Shown piece after piece: positions 10,466 through 20,085 of a DNA stretch of 64,000 nt. The stretch lies in NCBI GenBank assembly GCA_965248265.1, contig CBDFJF010000001.1, positions 1,312,001-1,376,000 on the forward strand. Direction: 5' to 3'. Below the pieces are notes generated by a model. That model saw only the letters and a program-made list of their open reading frames with translations, had not been told where the DNA came from and searched no databases. Position 1 is the first letter of the stretch, and the number at the start of each line of letters is the position of its first letter. The position numbers and the translations under genes are program-made. The DNA comes from Candidatus Latescibacterota bacterium. Its GTDB lineage: Bacteria > Latescibacterota > UBA2968 > UBA8231.

Positions 10466-10885
10466 TCAGATCACGGCCTCGTGCTCGATGAGGACCCGAT
10501 CCGGATTCTGCCTCCCGGTCCCCGTCGTGGTGCCCGCCAGGTACTTAATTCGAACGGTATCACCCGGCTTGACCCGGAACAGCGTTTTTCGCGCCTCACC
10601 GACCTCGCCCTGGACCTTCTCGATGTTGACGTTGAAGCCGGGACTTTCTTCTTCTACCGGAACCGGGACGGCCTTCCGGGCATCGGCTCTGAGGGTGAAG
10701 TCCGCCGTCGTGCCCACCACCTGGATCCGGTAGATATTCTCAGGGGTTTCATTCAAGAACAGGATTTCGTCATCTTCCCCCCCACGGCTATCGACCAACT
10801 TCCTTCCGCCACAGTCGGATAGCGCGAACGACGAGAGCAGCACAGTCAGCAATACCATCACCTTGCCCATGACACGATCCTCCAT
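10466..10885 (-). CDS. Small hypothetical lipoprotein (beta-sandwich-like)
   Basis: Hydrophobic leader ending FALSDC; co-oriented between PPIase and GT genes; start could be 10891, 10885 or 10870. Confidence 0.65.
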   Translation of the reverse strand: MEDRVMGKVMVLLTVLLSSFALSDCGGRKLVDSRGGEDDEILFLNETPENIYRIQVVGTTADFTLRADARKAVPVPVEEESPGFNVNIEKVQGEVGEARKTLFRVKPGDTVRIKYLAGTTTGTGRQNPDRVLIEHEAVI

Positions 10886-10900
10886 TGTCACCTTGTGGGG

Positions 10901-13099
10901 TTACTTACTGGACAGGCTCTCGAAACGCTTCAGCATGGCTGTCGCTTCCTCCGCCTGGCCCTGCGCCGAGCGAAGTTGGGATAGATTGTAGTAAGCCTCT
11001 GCATAACCCCGATCGATTTCAACGGCCCGCTTCAGGGCCCTTTCCGCTTCATCGTGGCGTCCTGCGTCCGTATACAGTCCACCGAGCTCATTCCATGCTT
11101 CCTTGTAGGCTGGATTGAGCCTCAAAGCCCGCATCAGTGAATTTTCAGCCTCCTCGGGACGTCCTTGTTTGTTGTACAGGACCCCGAGCTCGTAGCGCGG
11201 TTCCGCGACGCTCGAATCGGCTTCGATGGCTTGCCACAGGGCCTTCTCCGCCTCCTCGTAGCGTCCCTGATTGGAATAAAAAAAGGACAACAGGCGGTGC
11301 GTGTAGGCGGATCTAACCCCTTCCAGGCGAAGGGCGTTTTCCAGTTCGGCGTACGCGGCCTCGAAGTTTCCGTCGGCCACGTGCGCCTGCGCGAGATCGT
11401 GCAGGCTGTCGCGGGTTGCCTCCTGTATTCGGGGATCGAGGGAGGAGTCATCCTCGGGAAGCCTTACGGCGCTGAGTTCACTCGCGAAGGTTTGCACCTG
11501 ATCCGCATACTTCTCCCGCACGTCTGCGAGCAGGCTGTTGAACAGCTGCTCCTCTGTCTTCAACCGAAGGTTGGCCGTCGCCCGAATTTTAGCCGCGGCG
11601 AATGGTTGCAATTTGCCCCCGCTCCTCTCCAGCACCCGGAAGACGGAATAGCCCTGCGGGACCTGCACTGGGCCAACGAGCTGACCCAACTCTGCGGCGA
11701 GCGCCTGGTCCAGCAGCTTCCCGTACCTGGCTCGCTGATACCCGTGTATGTGCAGATTCCCGTCCTCGGTACCGTGTCGTGTAGTCAGATGTACCAGGTC
11801 CTCAAACGGTTGCCCTGACTCCAACCGTTGACGCACGACGGTGGCCGCGTCCAGATCGTCCACGAGAATCTCCTGGATCGAGATCTGGTCAGGCTCGACG
11901 AACATGTCGTGGTGATCCAGGTAGAACCGCCTGGCCTCCTCCTCGCTCACCTCCACCTGGTCGCGGAGCGACGTCCGCAGAGCCATGAGCAGGAGCTTGA
12001 CCTCCTTGCGTTTTTTCCACTCGAGCGCTTGGGGGGTCTCTTGATACTCCAGCTTCCGAGACGCCTCCCAAATCATGATGTCGGGCACTACCCAGCTCCA
12101 GGCGGCCTCCACCACGGCGACACTGTCCCCGAGCGCGGGCATGCGTCGACGCTGGCGAAACGCCCAGTCGTAATCGCCGACCGTTATTTCTCCCCCTTCG
12201 TAGGTAAACAGCGTGGTGGCCGCCTCGGCGGGCGTGAGCTGTGGACGGGACGTTCCACCAGGCTCCTTGCCTACCAGGATCGCCAGTCCCTCCGGTTTCA
12301 GCGAAAGGCCTGATTCGTAGGCCAGCTCCTCGACCAGAGCCCGCCGCGCGACCGTCTGTTTCTCCAGCCCCAGATCGGAGCTCACTCTCTGACGGTTCCT
12401 GGGTGAGCTACCTTCCCGCTCATCGGTGAAGCGGATGAGGAGATAGTCACCGCCCGACGGCAGCGGCTCCGAGACTTCACCCAATTCCAGCTCGCGGAAG
12501 AGTTGGACGGGAATACCCCATCGGCGGACCGCGGATCCGTAGACGAAACCGAATTCCCCACCCTTTTCGGCATTGCGCTCGTCTATCGAGTGGAGCCGGG
12601 CCAGCTCGGCGAAATCAGCCCCCTCTTCCAGGCGCTGGCGAATCCCGGTGACCTGCTCTTCGGCCTCCACAACTATCCAGCTCAGGAGCCTCTGGCGGTC
12701 GAGCCCGTCTCTGACGAGACGCGCCTGCACTTCTTGCTCGGTGATGCTGACGAGAGGACTGAGGTGGCGTCTCTCGTAGTGATCGACGATGTGCCTGCGA
12801 AAGGCATATTCGTAGTCGGCCTGAACAGTGCTGGTGGTGTCGATGCCGCGAGAGCGGGTTTCGAGTACGAGCAGCTTTTCGTCGATGAGCGTCTGCAGGT
12901 AGTCGCGGCGGGCTGCATCCCCGACCTTTTTGCTGCGCAGTCCCGGCAACAGCGAAGCGGCGAACTCCTCGACTTCGCGCCGGTCGATGGACTCCTCGCC
13001 GACCCGGGCAACGACTGGAGTGACCTCTGCCTGCTCGCCGGGAGGCGCATCGGCGCAGGCGACGACGAGGAGACAAGCCGGAGCTATTTTTCGAATCAA
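10901..13099 (-). CDS. SurA/PrsA-like lipoprotein with two parvulin (PpiC) domains and C-terminal TPRs
   Basis: LVVAC lipobox; VVARVGEESI; FAELARLHSID..AEKGGEFG; second domain EILVDD...GPVQVPQGYSVFRV; TPR tail; GAGG RBS before TTG. Confidence 0.85.
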   Translation of the reverse strand: MIRKIAPACLLVVACADAPPGEQAEVTPVVARVGEESIDRREVEEFAASLLPGLRSKKVGDAARRDYLQTLIDEKLLVLETRSRGIDTTSTVQADYEYAFRRHIVDHYERRHLSPLVSITEQEVQARLVRDGLDRQRLLSWIVVEAEEQVTGIRQRLEEGADFAELARLHSIDERNAEKGGEFGFVYGSAVRRWGIPVQLFRELELGEVSEPLPSGGDYLLIRFTDEREGSSPRNRQRVSSDLGLEKQTVARRALVEELAYESGLSLKPEGLAILVGKEPGGTSRPQLTPAEAATTLFTYEGGEITVGDYDWAFRQRRRMPALGDSVAVVEAAWSWVVPDIMIWEASRKLEYQETPQALEWKKRKEVKLLLMALRTSLRDQVEVSEEEARRFYLDHHDMFVEPDQISIQEILVDDLDAATVVRQRLESGQPFEDLVHLTTRHGTEDGNLHIHGYQRARYGKLLDQALAAELGQLVGPVQVPQGYSVFRVLERSGGKLQPFAAAKIRATANLRLKTEEQLFNSLLADVREKYADQVQTFASELSAVRLPEDDSSLDPRIQEATRDSLHDLAQAHVADGNFEAAYAELENALRLEGVRSAYTHRLLSFFYSNQGRYEEAEKALWQAIEADSSVAEPRYELGVLYNKQGRPEEAENSLMRALRLNPAYKEAWNELGGLYTDAGRHDEAERALKRAVEIDRGYAEAYYNLSQLRSAQGQAEEATAMLKRFESLSSK

Positions 13100-13111
13100 G
13101 TGGTCCTCAAT

Positions 13112-15967
13112 TCACTCCAGCCCGGCGAAAACGCTGATAAAGGTGGTCTGTATGTTCCTGGCCGGACCGTTCTCAGGATCGCGCCGGTCGAACTTGACCC
13201 CCATCTGAGTACTCAGTTTGTAGCCCAGATAGTCCCCCGTGTTGGTGAACTGCACGGCCAGGACGCGACTGTTCTGATCGTTGAGATCCTCCCTCAGATC
13301 CCTGAACTGGATGTACTCCACACCTGCTTCGACAAAAGTCCTGTTCAGGATCGGGTAGCGACCGAGCAGGGAGAACAGCTCCATGAGATTTTCGCGCTCA
13401 CCCACGTTGGCATGATCGCGCGTCTGGTTCCGGTACTCGCTCTTCCACCTCGGCTCCAGTTCCAACAGGCCCAGATCGAACTCGTAGGCGACTTTGTTGA
13501 TGACGCCGAAAAAATGCTCGTTCTGCAGCTGGTTGCGAATTCTGCGATCCTGCCTGTCGAGCTCAGTGTGGGTCAGGTCCCACTTGACCGTGTTGATGAA
13601 GCGCAGGTTACGCATGCCGGTGTAGTCGAAATTCAACCACAGGCTGTTGTGCCAGGCGTCCTCGAGCAGGAGCGGGTCGGTGATGTTCAGCGCTTGCCCT
13701 TCGGACTCGGGGGTCTGGTAGGCCCACTGGAGCAAGTTCTCGCGAATGTTGTCCTGGGCGCGCTTGACCATGTCGAAGACGCGCAGTCGACCGAGCCCAG
13801 GATAGTCGCGGTCGAGAGTGGCGAGCAGGTAGTTGGTCTCGTTGTCGCGGTTTTCCGAGATGAGGCGCTCGTCCATGCGGCCGACGATCACTCGAAACTC
13901 CGGGGTGATGTTGGCGCCGCCGTAGATATTGTAGCCTCGGTGATCCCGTCGATAGGGATAATCGGGCTCGTTGTCGTTCTCGAACCGGTCTATCCAGCCG
14001 TTGTTGTTCATGTCGGGACCGAAGAGGAATTCTGGTCTGTCCACGTTGAAGCGGAGGAAGGGCTCTTCGTAGTCTGGAAAGTCGTTGCGTCGTGCGCTGG
14101 CGCGGTTGTCGTTCTGGTTGAAGTCGGAGATGAAGTCGTTGTTTTCGTCCCATCCGGGGAATATCTCGAAGTCGCCGTTGCCCGCGCCTTTGCGCGCCAG
14201 GTCGGGAAACCGGTCCTGATCGTCGTTGTCGTCGACGAATTCATAGAAGTCGCGCGGGTCGCCGTAGTCGACGAACCCGGTCCTTGGCGCCCCTGTCGTG
14301 GTGACCGCCGTGGTGGAGTAATCGTGGTCCATGCTGAAGGCTTCACCAAACAGGAAAAATGGATAGGTCTCTTTGGAGACGTTTACCATCCAGGCCTCGG
14401 CGCGGCGATCACCCTCGATGCCGGAGAATGCGTCGTGGGTGATCAGGTTGGCGTTGGGGTACATCCTGTAGCTGTAGGACACGTCGTACTCCCCAAAGAC
14501 GTTGAAGCCGAGCACGTCCGTCACTTCGATGGTGCCGCCGACGACATGGGTGGCCGTGGGCAGGCCGTAGTCGAAGATGAGCAGGCGCAGATTGGAATTG
14601 TCCTGGACGTTGCCCTCTGCCCGGGCCACGAGCCGTGGCGCTGGTTGCTCTGCCTCCGAGCCCCCCCCGCCCACGTGAGTGGTCTGGCGATTGGAGTTCA
14701 CCCAGACCTGGTAGTCATTGCCGACCGGCACCTGGAAGCGGACCCTTTCGATCTCCGATTTGTCTCCGCGAGCATTGTCCACGAAGCCTGCGGGGCCCGT
14801 GCTGTTGAAATCGTAGCGCACGCTGATCTCCTCACCGCCATCGGCGGCCCGGAAGCCGGTGCGCTCGAACCCGCCCTGGATCACCGGCTCGAAGCCGATC
14901 TGCCTGGCGGTCTCCTGCTCTCCATCGATGTAGGTGATGATGAGATCGGAGCCTCCCTCGAAAAAGGAGGCCCCTCCCACGCCGTCTTCCGGGGAGTCGT
15001 CCTTCAGGATGAGCTCGACCCATTCTACGGGGGACGCGTTCTGGTCCTGGGTCAATTCCCCCTTGATCAGACTGGCTTCGAAACTTTCCAGATCGGTGTG
15101 GGACTGATGTGCGTTGACGAAAGTGGCGCCGAGCTTGATGAAATCGCCCAGCTGGGTGGTCACCCGTCCGCCGAACAGGGTCGTGTTGTTGGTAAGCTTG
15201 CTAGGAGCAAGGGTTTCCTCGCCGCCGGTCCGGTTGATGCGGGAATAGATGACGGTGGCTTCGTACTTGTCGGAGGCGAAGTCCCATTGCAGACCGTCGA
15301 AGGCGGGCTTGGCAAAGGTCATCGGCGTGAGAATGGTGCGCAGTTGGTGCCCGATGCTCAACGACGTGTGGTACTGGCCCTTGTGGTCCGAAGCGATCAC
15401 GAGGCCAGAGAACCAAGTTCTGAACTTTTCGTCCTTGTAGAGTGAATTGCCCAACTGGGCCTCGGGCTGATCCTGGCTGTGGTCGTAGATCAGCCAGCCT
15501 TTGGAGATGAAGTTTCCGTAGAGATCGTAGTAATAGTCGCCTTGGATCCCGACATCGACGTAGCGTTGGAAGCGTTGACGGGCGTAGTTGGTGTACTCCC
15601 ACTGGCGCCAGCGGTATTCTTCGTGGAGCTCGCCCGGCAGGTACCATTTGCGCATGGCCGGATCGAGAGAGGTCGTGAGCACGCTGGTACCCTGCGGTTG
15701 ATAGCTCCAGACATCCGCCTTGCGGATGCCCAGGCGCGTGCCATAATCCTGCTGCGCGAGGGCGGGACCGGAAACCGCGATGACGGTCAGGGCGAAGATT
15801 GCCTCGCGGCGTAAGTACCTTGCCACGAGGTGCGCGCCGCGAGCGCGGATGGATTCTACCGCGCTCAACGGTGATGGACTTGCGCTGCGAGGCACTACAG
15901 CAGCACGGTTGGAAAAAGTCGGTCTTCTCAAAACAAACCCTCCTCTGTATACCCTTAGATCCCTCAA
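13112..15967 (-). CDS. Large exported protein, probable outer-membrane beta-barrel with Asp/Asn-rich Ca-binding loops
   Basis: Signal peptide ending ALA-QQ (true start probably GTG 15826); amphipathic aromatic-rich strands at both ends; DDNDDQDRFPD, DENNDFISDFNQNDN, DMNNNGWIDRFENDNEPD. Confidence 0.75.
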   Translation of the reverse strand: MRDLRVYRGGFVLRRPTFSNRAAVVPRSASPSPLSAVESIRARGAHLVARYLRREAIFALTVIAVSGPALAQQDYGTRLGIRKADVWSYQPQGTSVLTTSLDPAMRKWYLPGELHEEYRWRQWEYTNYARQRFQRYVDVGIQGDYYYDLYGNFISKGWLIYDHSQDQPEAQLGNSLYKDEKFRTWFSGLVIASDHKGQYHTSLSIGHQLRTILTPMTFAKPAFDGLQWDFASDKYEATVIYSRINRTGGEETLAPSKLTNNTTLFGGRVTTQLGDFIKLGATFVNAHQSHTDLESFEASLIKGELTQDQNASPVEWVELILKDDSPEDGVGGASFFEGGSDLIITYIDGEQETARQIGFEPVIQGGFERTGFRAADGGEEISVRYDFNSTGPAGFVDNARGDKSEIERVRFQVPVGNDYQVWVNSNRQTTHVGGGGSEAEQPAPRLVARAEGNVQDNSNLRLLIFDYGLPTATHVVGGTIEVTDVLGFNVFGEYDVSYSYRMYPNANLITHDAFSGIEGDRRAEAWMVNVSKETYPFFLFGEAFSMDHDYSTTAVTTTGAPRTGFVDYGDPRDFYEFVDDNDDQDRFPDLARKGAGNGDFEIFPGWDENNDFISDFNQNDNRASARRNDFPDYEEPFLRFNVDRPEFLFGPDMNNNGWIDRFENDNEPDYPYRRDHRGYNIYGGANITPEFRVIVGRMDERLISENRDNETNYLLATLDRDYPGLGRLRVFDMVKRAQDNIRENLLQWAYQTPESEGQALNITDPLLLEDAWHNSLWLNFDYTGMRNLRFINTVKWDLTHTELDRQDRRIRNQLQNEHFFGVINKVAYEFDLGLLELEPRWKSEYRNQTRDHANVGERENLMELFSLLGRYPILNRTFVEAGVEYIQFRDLREDLNDQNSRVLAVQFTNTGDYLGYKLSTQMGVKFDRRDPENGPARNIQTTFISVFAGLE

Positions 15968-16007
15968 GCTCCTGTTTACCGTGCACGCCCGGCGATGAAG
16001 GCTTTCG

Positions 16008-17960
16008 TCAATAGACGACGGCGACCGTTCCCAGAACCTCTTCTGATTTGACGTCCGCTTTTACCTCGAGCTTGAGCAGATAGAGTCCGGGTGGCACGAG
16101 CCGATCGTCAGCGTCGGTGCCGTCCCACAGTACGGGGTGGCGACCGCTCTCGATCTCGCCCGCGAACACGACGGCGATGCGGCGGCCGGAAAGATCGTAG
16201 ACGACGACCTCGACGGGTGTCGCCTTGGTGAGCTTGAAGACGTCGAAGCGGATTTCGGCGCTATCGTTGATGCCGTCGCCGTTGGGGGTGAAGGGGTTGG
16301 GCACCGCCTCCACAGCGCCCATCAGAGCCACCCCCGCGATGTCGGTGAGAACGGTCAGGTTCGAGCGCTTGTCCTCATCCTGGAGGTTCAGCCCGGGAAA
16401 ATCGCCGGTGAGAACCATGGCGTTGCCGGGAACCGCAGGCTGGGGCAGCTCATCAGATCCCTCGCTCGACCCCCATCCGTCGAATTCGATGCCGTAGCGC
16501 AGAACCGATGTGTCGAAGCGGAGTTTCAGCACGGAACCATCTTCCGTGATGGGCGGAAAACGGACCAGGAAGCGGTTGGGATCCACGGATACGAGGGCCC
16601 ATTCTGCCTCCTCGTCTGGGTAGGGCAACGATAAACCGGCCACGTCTACTTCGAAAACCTGTTCGTCCAGGATGTCTCCCTGTGCATCGAGCTTCTGAAT
16701 CTTTTCGAGGCGCTCGATGGGGGCCGAGGTCCGGATCTCGAAGGTGTCGAATCCGCCTTCGGAAGGCTCAAAGGCCTGCACCGCGTAGACGAATTCTCTG
16801 CTCTCCCCGATTTGCGCCTGACGCGGGAAGATCTCCGCGACGAGTTGCTGGGCAACCGGCGGTGAGTGCTCGAAGGAGAGGGAATCGACCCTTTGCGCCG
16901 CCTCCAGGTCCTGGCTTTCGAAGCGGATCTCGAATTGGAAGAACTGCCGCGGGGCCGGCGACGTGATCTGGATCCCTTCCCCGTCTGCGGCCGGCCGATA
17001 GGGCTCCGACCAGGGACTCCAGAACCGCGAATTCGCGCTGCTGCGGGTGCGCACCGAAATGCCGGATTTTTCGGGACCACCGATGGCGCCGGCCGACCAG
17101 TGAATCCGGCCGAACAGTGCGCCCCGTTCGCCCTCCTCTCCCCAATCGTCGGGGCCGAAGGGCCGGGACAGGTAGCTGCCGGCCGTCACATAGCCGCTGC
17201 CGAAGAGCTCGATCTCGTCGATCTCGAAACCGCCGAGGTACTGGGACGTCAGGCGCAGGTGCTCGACGAATTGGACCGGTATGTGCATCACGGCCCGGGC
17301 CCGCGTGTTCTGCCGTTCGTGGAATCTGGCGGTGACGTTCCAGTCGGGCCTGCCCGATTCTGAGAGATTGCTCGTGCCGTCGTTGACCTGGATGTAGTAG
17401 GCCCTGAGATACTCGCGGGGAAAAAGAGAGCTCGGATAGAAGACGATGCGATTCAAGCCGAGCGGTGCGCCCAGATCGATGTCGATGTGCTCGCCAAAGG
17501 TCGAATCGGAGATCTTGCGGTCATAGACCTCCAACGCGCCACCCGACGAATACTTGGTGCCGTTGATGATGTTCTCCAGGGCCTGTTGCAGTATCTCGGC
17601 GCTTCCCCGCGGCGGCCTGCCGAGGGGACTGTTCGGAGAGGTAATACTGACTCTCCCCCCGCGGGCGCGAATCTGCGTAAATAGATCGACCTCGGGGTCG
17701 ATCTGGATCGGCACGATCCAGCCGGGCTCGGCGGCGGAATCGATGAGGTTTCCAGGGGAGCTGCCGTTGCCTGCCCAGGGGTTCTCGACCCCGCCGATGA
17801 CGACGGTGTCCAGCGCCAGGCTCCCGTGGACGAAGAAAATGATCGACCCGATAAAGCAGCAGCCAGCGATACTGCGGTGACGGGGAGCCGGAGGACAGGA
17901 TGTCCGAGGACAGGACGTCCTCGGCCTCGGGCAGCTAGTAGACGACGGAGACGATGCCAC
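16008..17960 (-). CDS. Secreted discoidin-like + FlgD-Ig/CHU_C-tail protein (paralog 3)
   Basis: IDLGAPLGLNRIVFY..EIDEIELFGSG; WSPWSEPY..SPAPRQF; PNPFTPNGDGIND..VYDLSGRRI..WDGTD..VPPGLY..VAVVY; in-frame GTG 17960 chosen over 18065. Confidence 0.82.
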   Translation of the reverse strand: MASSPSSTSCPRPRTSCPRTSCPPAPRHRSIAGCCFIGSIIFFVHGSLALDTVVIGGVENPWAGNGSSPGNLIDSAAEPGWIVPIQIDPEVDLFTQIRARGGRVSITSPNSPLGRPPRGSAEILQQALENIINGTKYSSGGALEVYDRKISDSTFGEHIDIDLGAPLGLNRIVFYPSSLFPREYLRAYYIQVNDGTSNLSESGRPDWNVTARFHERQNTRARAVMHIPVQFVEHLRLTSQYLGGFEIDEIELFGSGYVTAGSYLSRPFGPDDWGEEGERGALFGRIHWSAGAIGGPEKSGISVRTRSSANSRFWSPWSEPYRPAADGEGIQITSPAPRQFFQFEIRFESQDLEAAQRVDSLSFEHSPPVAQQLVAEIFPRQAQIGESREFVYAVQAFEPSEGGFDTFEIRTSAPIERLEKIQKLDAQGDILDEQVFEVDVAGLSLPYPDEEAEWALVSVDPNRFLVRFPPITEDGSVLKLRFDTSVLRYGIEFDGWGSSEGSDELPQPAVPGNAMVLTGDFPGLNLQDEDKRSNLTVLTDIAGVALMGAVEAVPNPFTPNGDGINDSAEIRFDVFKLTKATPVEVVVYDLSGRRIAVVFAGEIESGRHPVLWDGTDADDRLVPPGLYLLKLEVKADVKSEEVLGTVAVVY

Positions 17961-19992
17961 TGTGGTTTTCGTTCCTCTCGTCCGTCTCGACCGAAATCCG
18001 GTAGATGTAGATTCCCGGAGGCACGAGCCTGCCATCATCGTCGCGCCCGTTCCAATTCTCGCCATAGGTACCGCTGACCAGCGGCTCGCTCTGCAGCTGC
18101 CTCACCCGGCGCCCGGTTAGATCGTAGATCGCCAACTCGGCCGCAGCGACGTCCGTCAGGTTGAGCAGAGCATAGGACAGCACCGTCTCATCGTTGATGT
18201 CATCCCCGTTGGGCGTAAACGGGTTCGGCTGCACCTGCGCCTGACTGACCAGCTCTTCGCTCAAGGGGATGGTCACCACGACCCCCCCTCCACTGTAGCG
18301 ATCGATGGCATCCCCGCCGTCCACGAGCTGTCGCACTTCGTCGCCGCCATCGATGAATATGCGGCCCTTGAACTCCGTGCCGAATTTGACCACGGAGGCG
18401 TCGAACACCACCTGCACCCGCTTCCCGTTATCGGCGACTCCCTTGAGAGTGTCGAAGTGCACGACCAGACGATCGTCCTGGATCTCCGCATTCGGGTGGG
18501 TGTCGTCCGGGTGAAGAAGGCACGGTGCACAGATGATCTTGTCAGTGCCCGCGCTGTCAATCCGCACCAGACGCACCGCCGAAGGCTGCACGAACGTCTC
18601 GATCTCCAGGCTGTCGAAGCCGCCATCGGTGTCTCCCAGTTCGGGCAGAAGGGTGTAGGTGAAGGTGGTGTCTACCGCCGCCGGCACTTCCTTCGGGAAG
18701 ATCTCGGCGACGGCCCGGCCGGCACTGGGCGGCTTGGAAAAGTCGAACCCGATCGCCTCCAGGCGACTGCCGTCGCTGATCGTGGGAGTAAAATCGATGC
18801 GGAACTGGATGTAGCGCCGCGGCCCGGGTGAAGCGACGGGCACACCCTCGGCTCCCTTGTCGAAATCATAGGGCGTCGACCAGAAGCTCCAGTTTTCGTG
18901 GTCGTAGGTGATGGGACCGAGCTGTGCACTGTAATCCGTTTTTTTCCGTTCTCTTCCTTGGGTTCGCCCGTAATCATCTAGCGTCAATGGCTCCCCGTCA
19001 TCCGAGAAAGTCGACAATTCGTCGCCCCGCTCGGTGAACACGGAGTAGACGCTGGGGTCGGGACAGCCGCCGAAAACGCTCCCTTGGCGGTCGCATGCGG
19101 CGCCCTCCGGCGTGTCCTCGGCGCGACCTGTGCGGGTGCGGATAATGGTGCGGGCATTCGGGTCCCGCGTGCCGGTCCAGTAGAGCCGGCCCCAACTGGC
19201 CAGCTCACCGGAATTCGCAGGCCCCACGTCTTCGATGTCGAAGATCTTGGAGATATAGGTGGCTTCGGGCACGTAGCCGTCGCCGTAGATCTCGAACTCG
19301 GCGAGCTGCCAGGTTTTGTTAGGGATCAAGACGCCGGCCCTAAAGCGCTCTACGACCTCCATGTAGACTTCTCGCCCGCGCAGCAGTGGAAAGGTAACTT
19401 CCACGCTGTCCTTCTTGTTGTCGAGCTCGTCGCGGACCAGTTCCCCGTCGACGTAAAGTCTAAAAACATCGACGTACTCTTCCGTGGAGTCCGGGTGCGT
19501 GAAGAAGAGGATCCGATTGATTGGGAAAATGGCTCCCAGGTCCACGGTGGGCCGGGGTGTTCCCTCCGGGCCGCCGATATCGCCCCGGTAATTGTAGACG
19601 GTGGTGGTGTCTCCATCCAGGGCGCGATCGAAATGCCCCGGGGTGCGCTCAAAAATCCGCTCCCGTTGCCAGCCACCCCGCTCTAAATAACCCAGAGAGA
19701 GGTTGAAGTCCGGCGCGATTCTGATCGGCATCACGTGGGTCTCGGAAAAGTCCAGACTGACGATTCCCCCAGACGCCTCGTTGTATTCAGGGTAGAGGTC
19801 TGCCTCCAGACGCCCGGCCGCCTCGATCCAGGTGCGGCTGTCCACTGTCAGCGCCGGGGCGTCGGCTGCCCAGCTCTCGGCCGATTCGGGGTTGCCGATC
19901 ACCAGCATAGTGCGCGAGTGCAGGCTCGTGGCGCCGGCAAGGCCGATGACCAGGCAGGCCAACCCATAGACGAAACTCCTCCTCGCACGCAT
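17935..19992 (-). CDS. Secreted discoidin-like + FlgD-Ig/CHU_C-tail protein (paralog 2)
   Basis: Signal MRARRSFVYGLACLVIGLAG; VDLGAIFPINRI..LAEFEIYGDG; WSFWSTPY..SPGPRRY; PNPFTPNGDDIND..WNGRDDDGRLVPPGIY..VSVVY. Confidence 0.85.
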   Translation of the reverse strand: MRARRSFVYGLACLVIGLAGATSLHSRTMLVIGNPESAESWAADAPALTVDSRTWIEAAGRLEADLYPEYNEASGGIVSLDFSETHVMPIRIAPDFNLSLGYLERGGWQRERIFERTPGHFDRALDGDTTTVYNYRGDIGGPEGTPRPTVDLGAIFPINRILFFTHPDSTEEYVDVFRLYVDGELVRDELDNKKDSVEVTFPLLRGREVYMEVVERFRAGVLIPNKTWQLAEFEIYGDGYVPEATYISKIFDIEDVGPANSGELASWGRLYWTGTRDPNARTIIRTRTGRAEDTPEGAACDRQGSVFGGCPDPSVYSVFTERGDELSTFSDDGEPLTLDDYGRTQGRERKKTDYSAQLGPITYDHENWSFWSTPYDFDKGAEGVPVASPGPRRYIQFRIDFTPTISDGSRLEAIGFDFSKPPSAGRAVAEIFPKEVPAAVDTTFTYTLLPELGDTDGGFDSLEIETFVQPSAVRLVRIDSAGTDKIICAPCLLHPDDTHPNAEIQDDRLVVHFDTLKGVADNGKRVQVVFDASVVKFGTEFKGRIFIDGGDEVRQLVDGGDAIDRYSGGGVVVTIPLSEELVSQAQVQPNPFTPNGDDINDETVLSYALLNLTDVAAAELAIYDLTGRRVRQLQSEPLVSGTYGENWNGRDDDGRLVPPGIYIYRISVETDERNENHSGIVSVVY

Positions 19993-20085
19993 GGTGCTAG
20001 TGCCGTGTCTCAGACGTAGGCTTGTGAAGTGAGGGCGTCGAGGCATCTGAATACAGGCATTGAGACACGTCACTCGATCTCCTTC

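Noticed and set aside
12503-15445. 980-aa plus-strand ORF (and similar long antisense ORFs at 1544, 6655, 40264, 52001)
   Set aside because: Shadow frames antisense to well-supported genes; expected from GC-rich codon bias; no motifs
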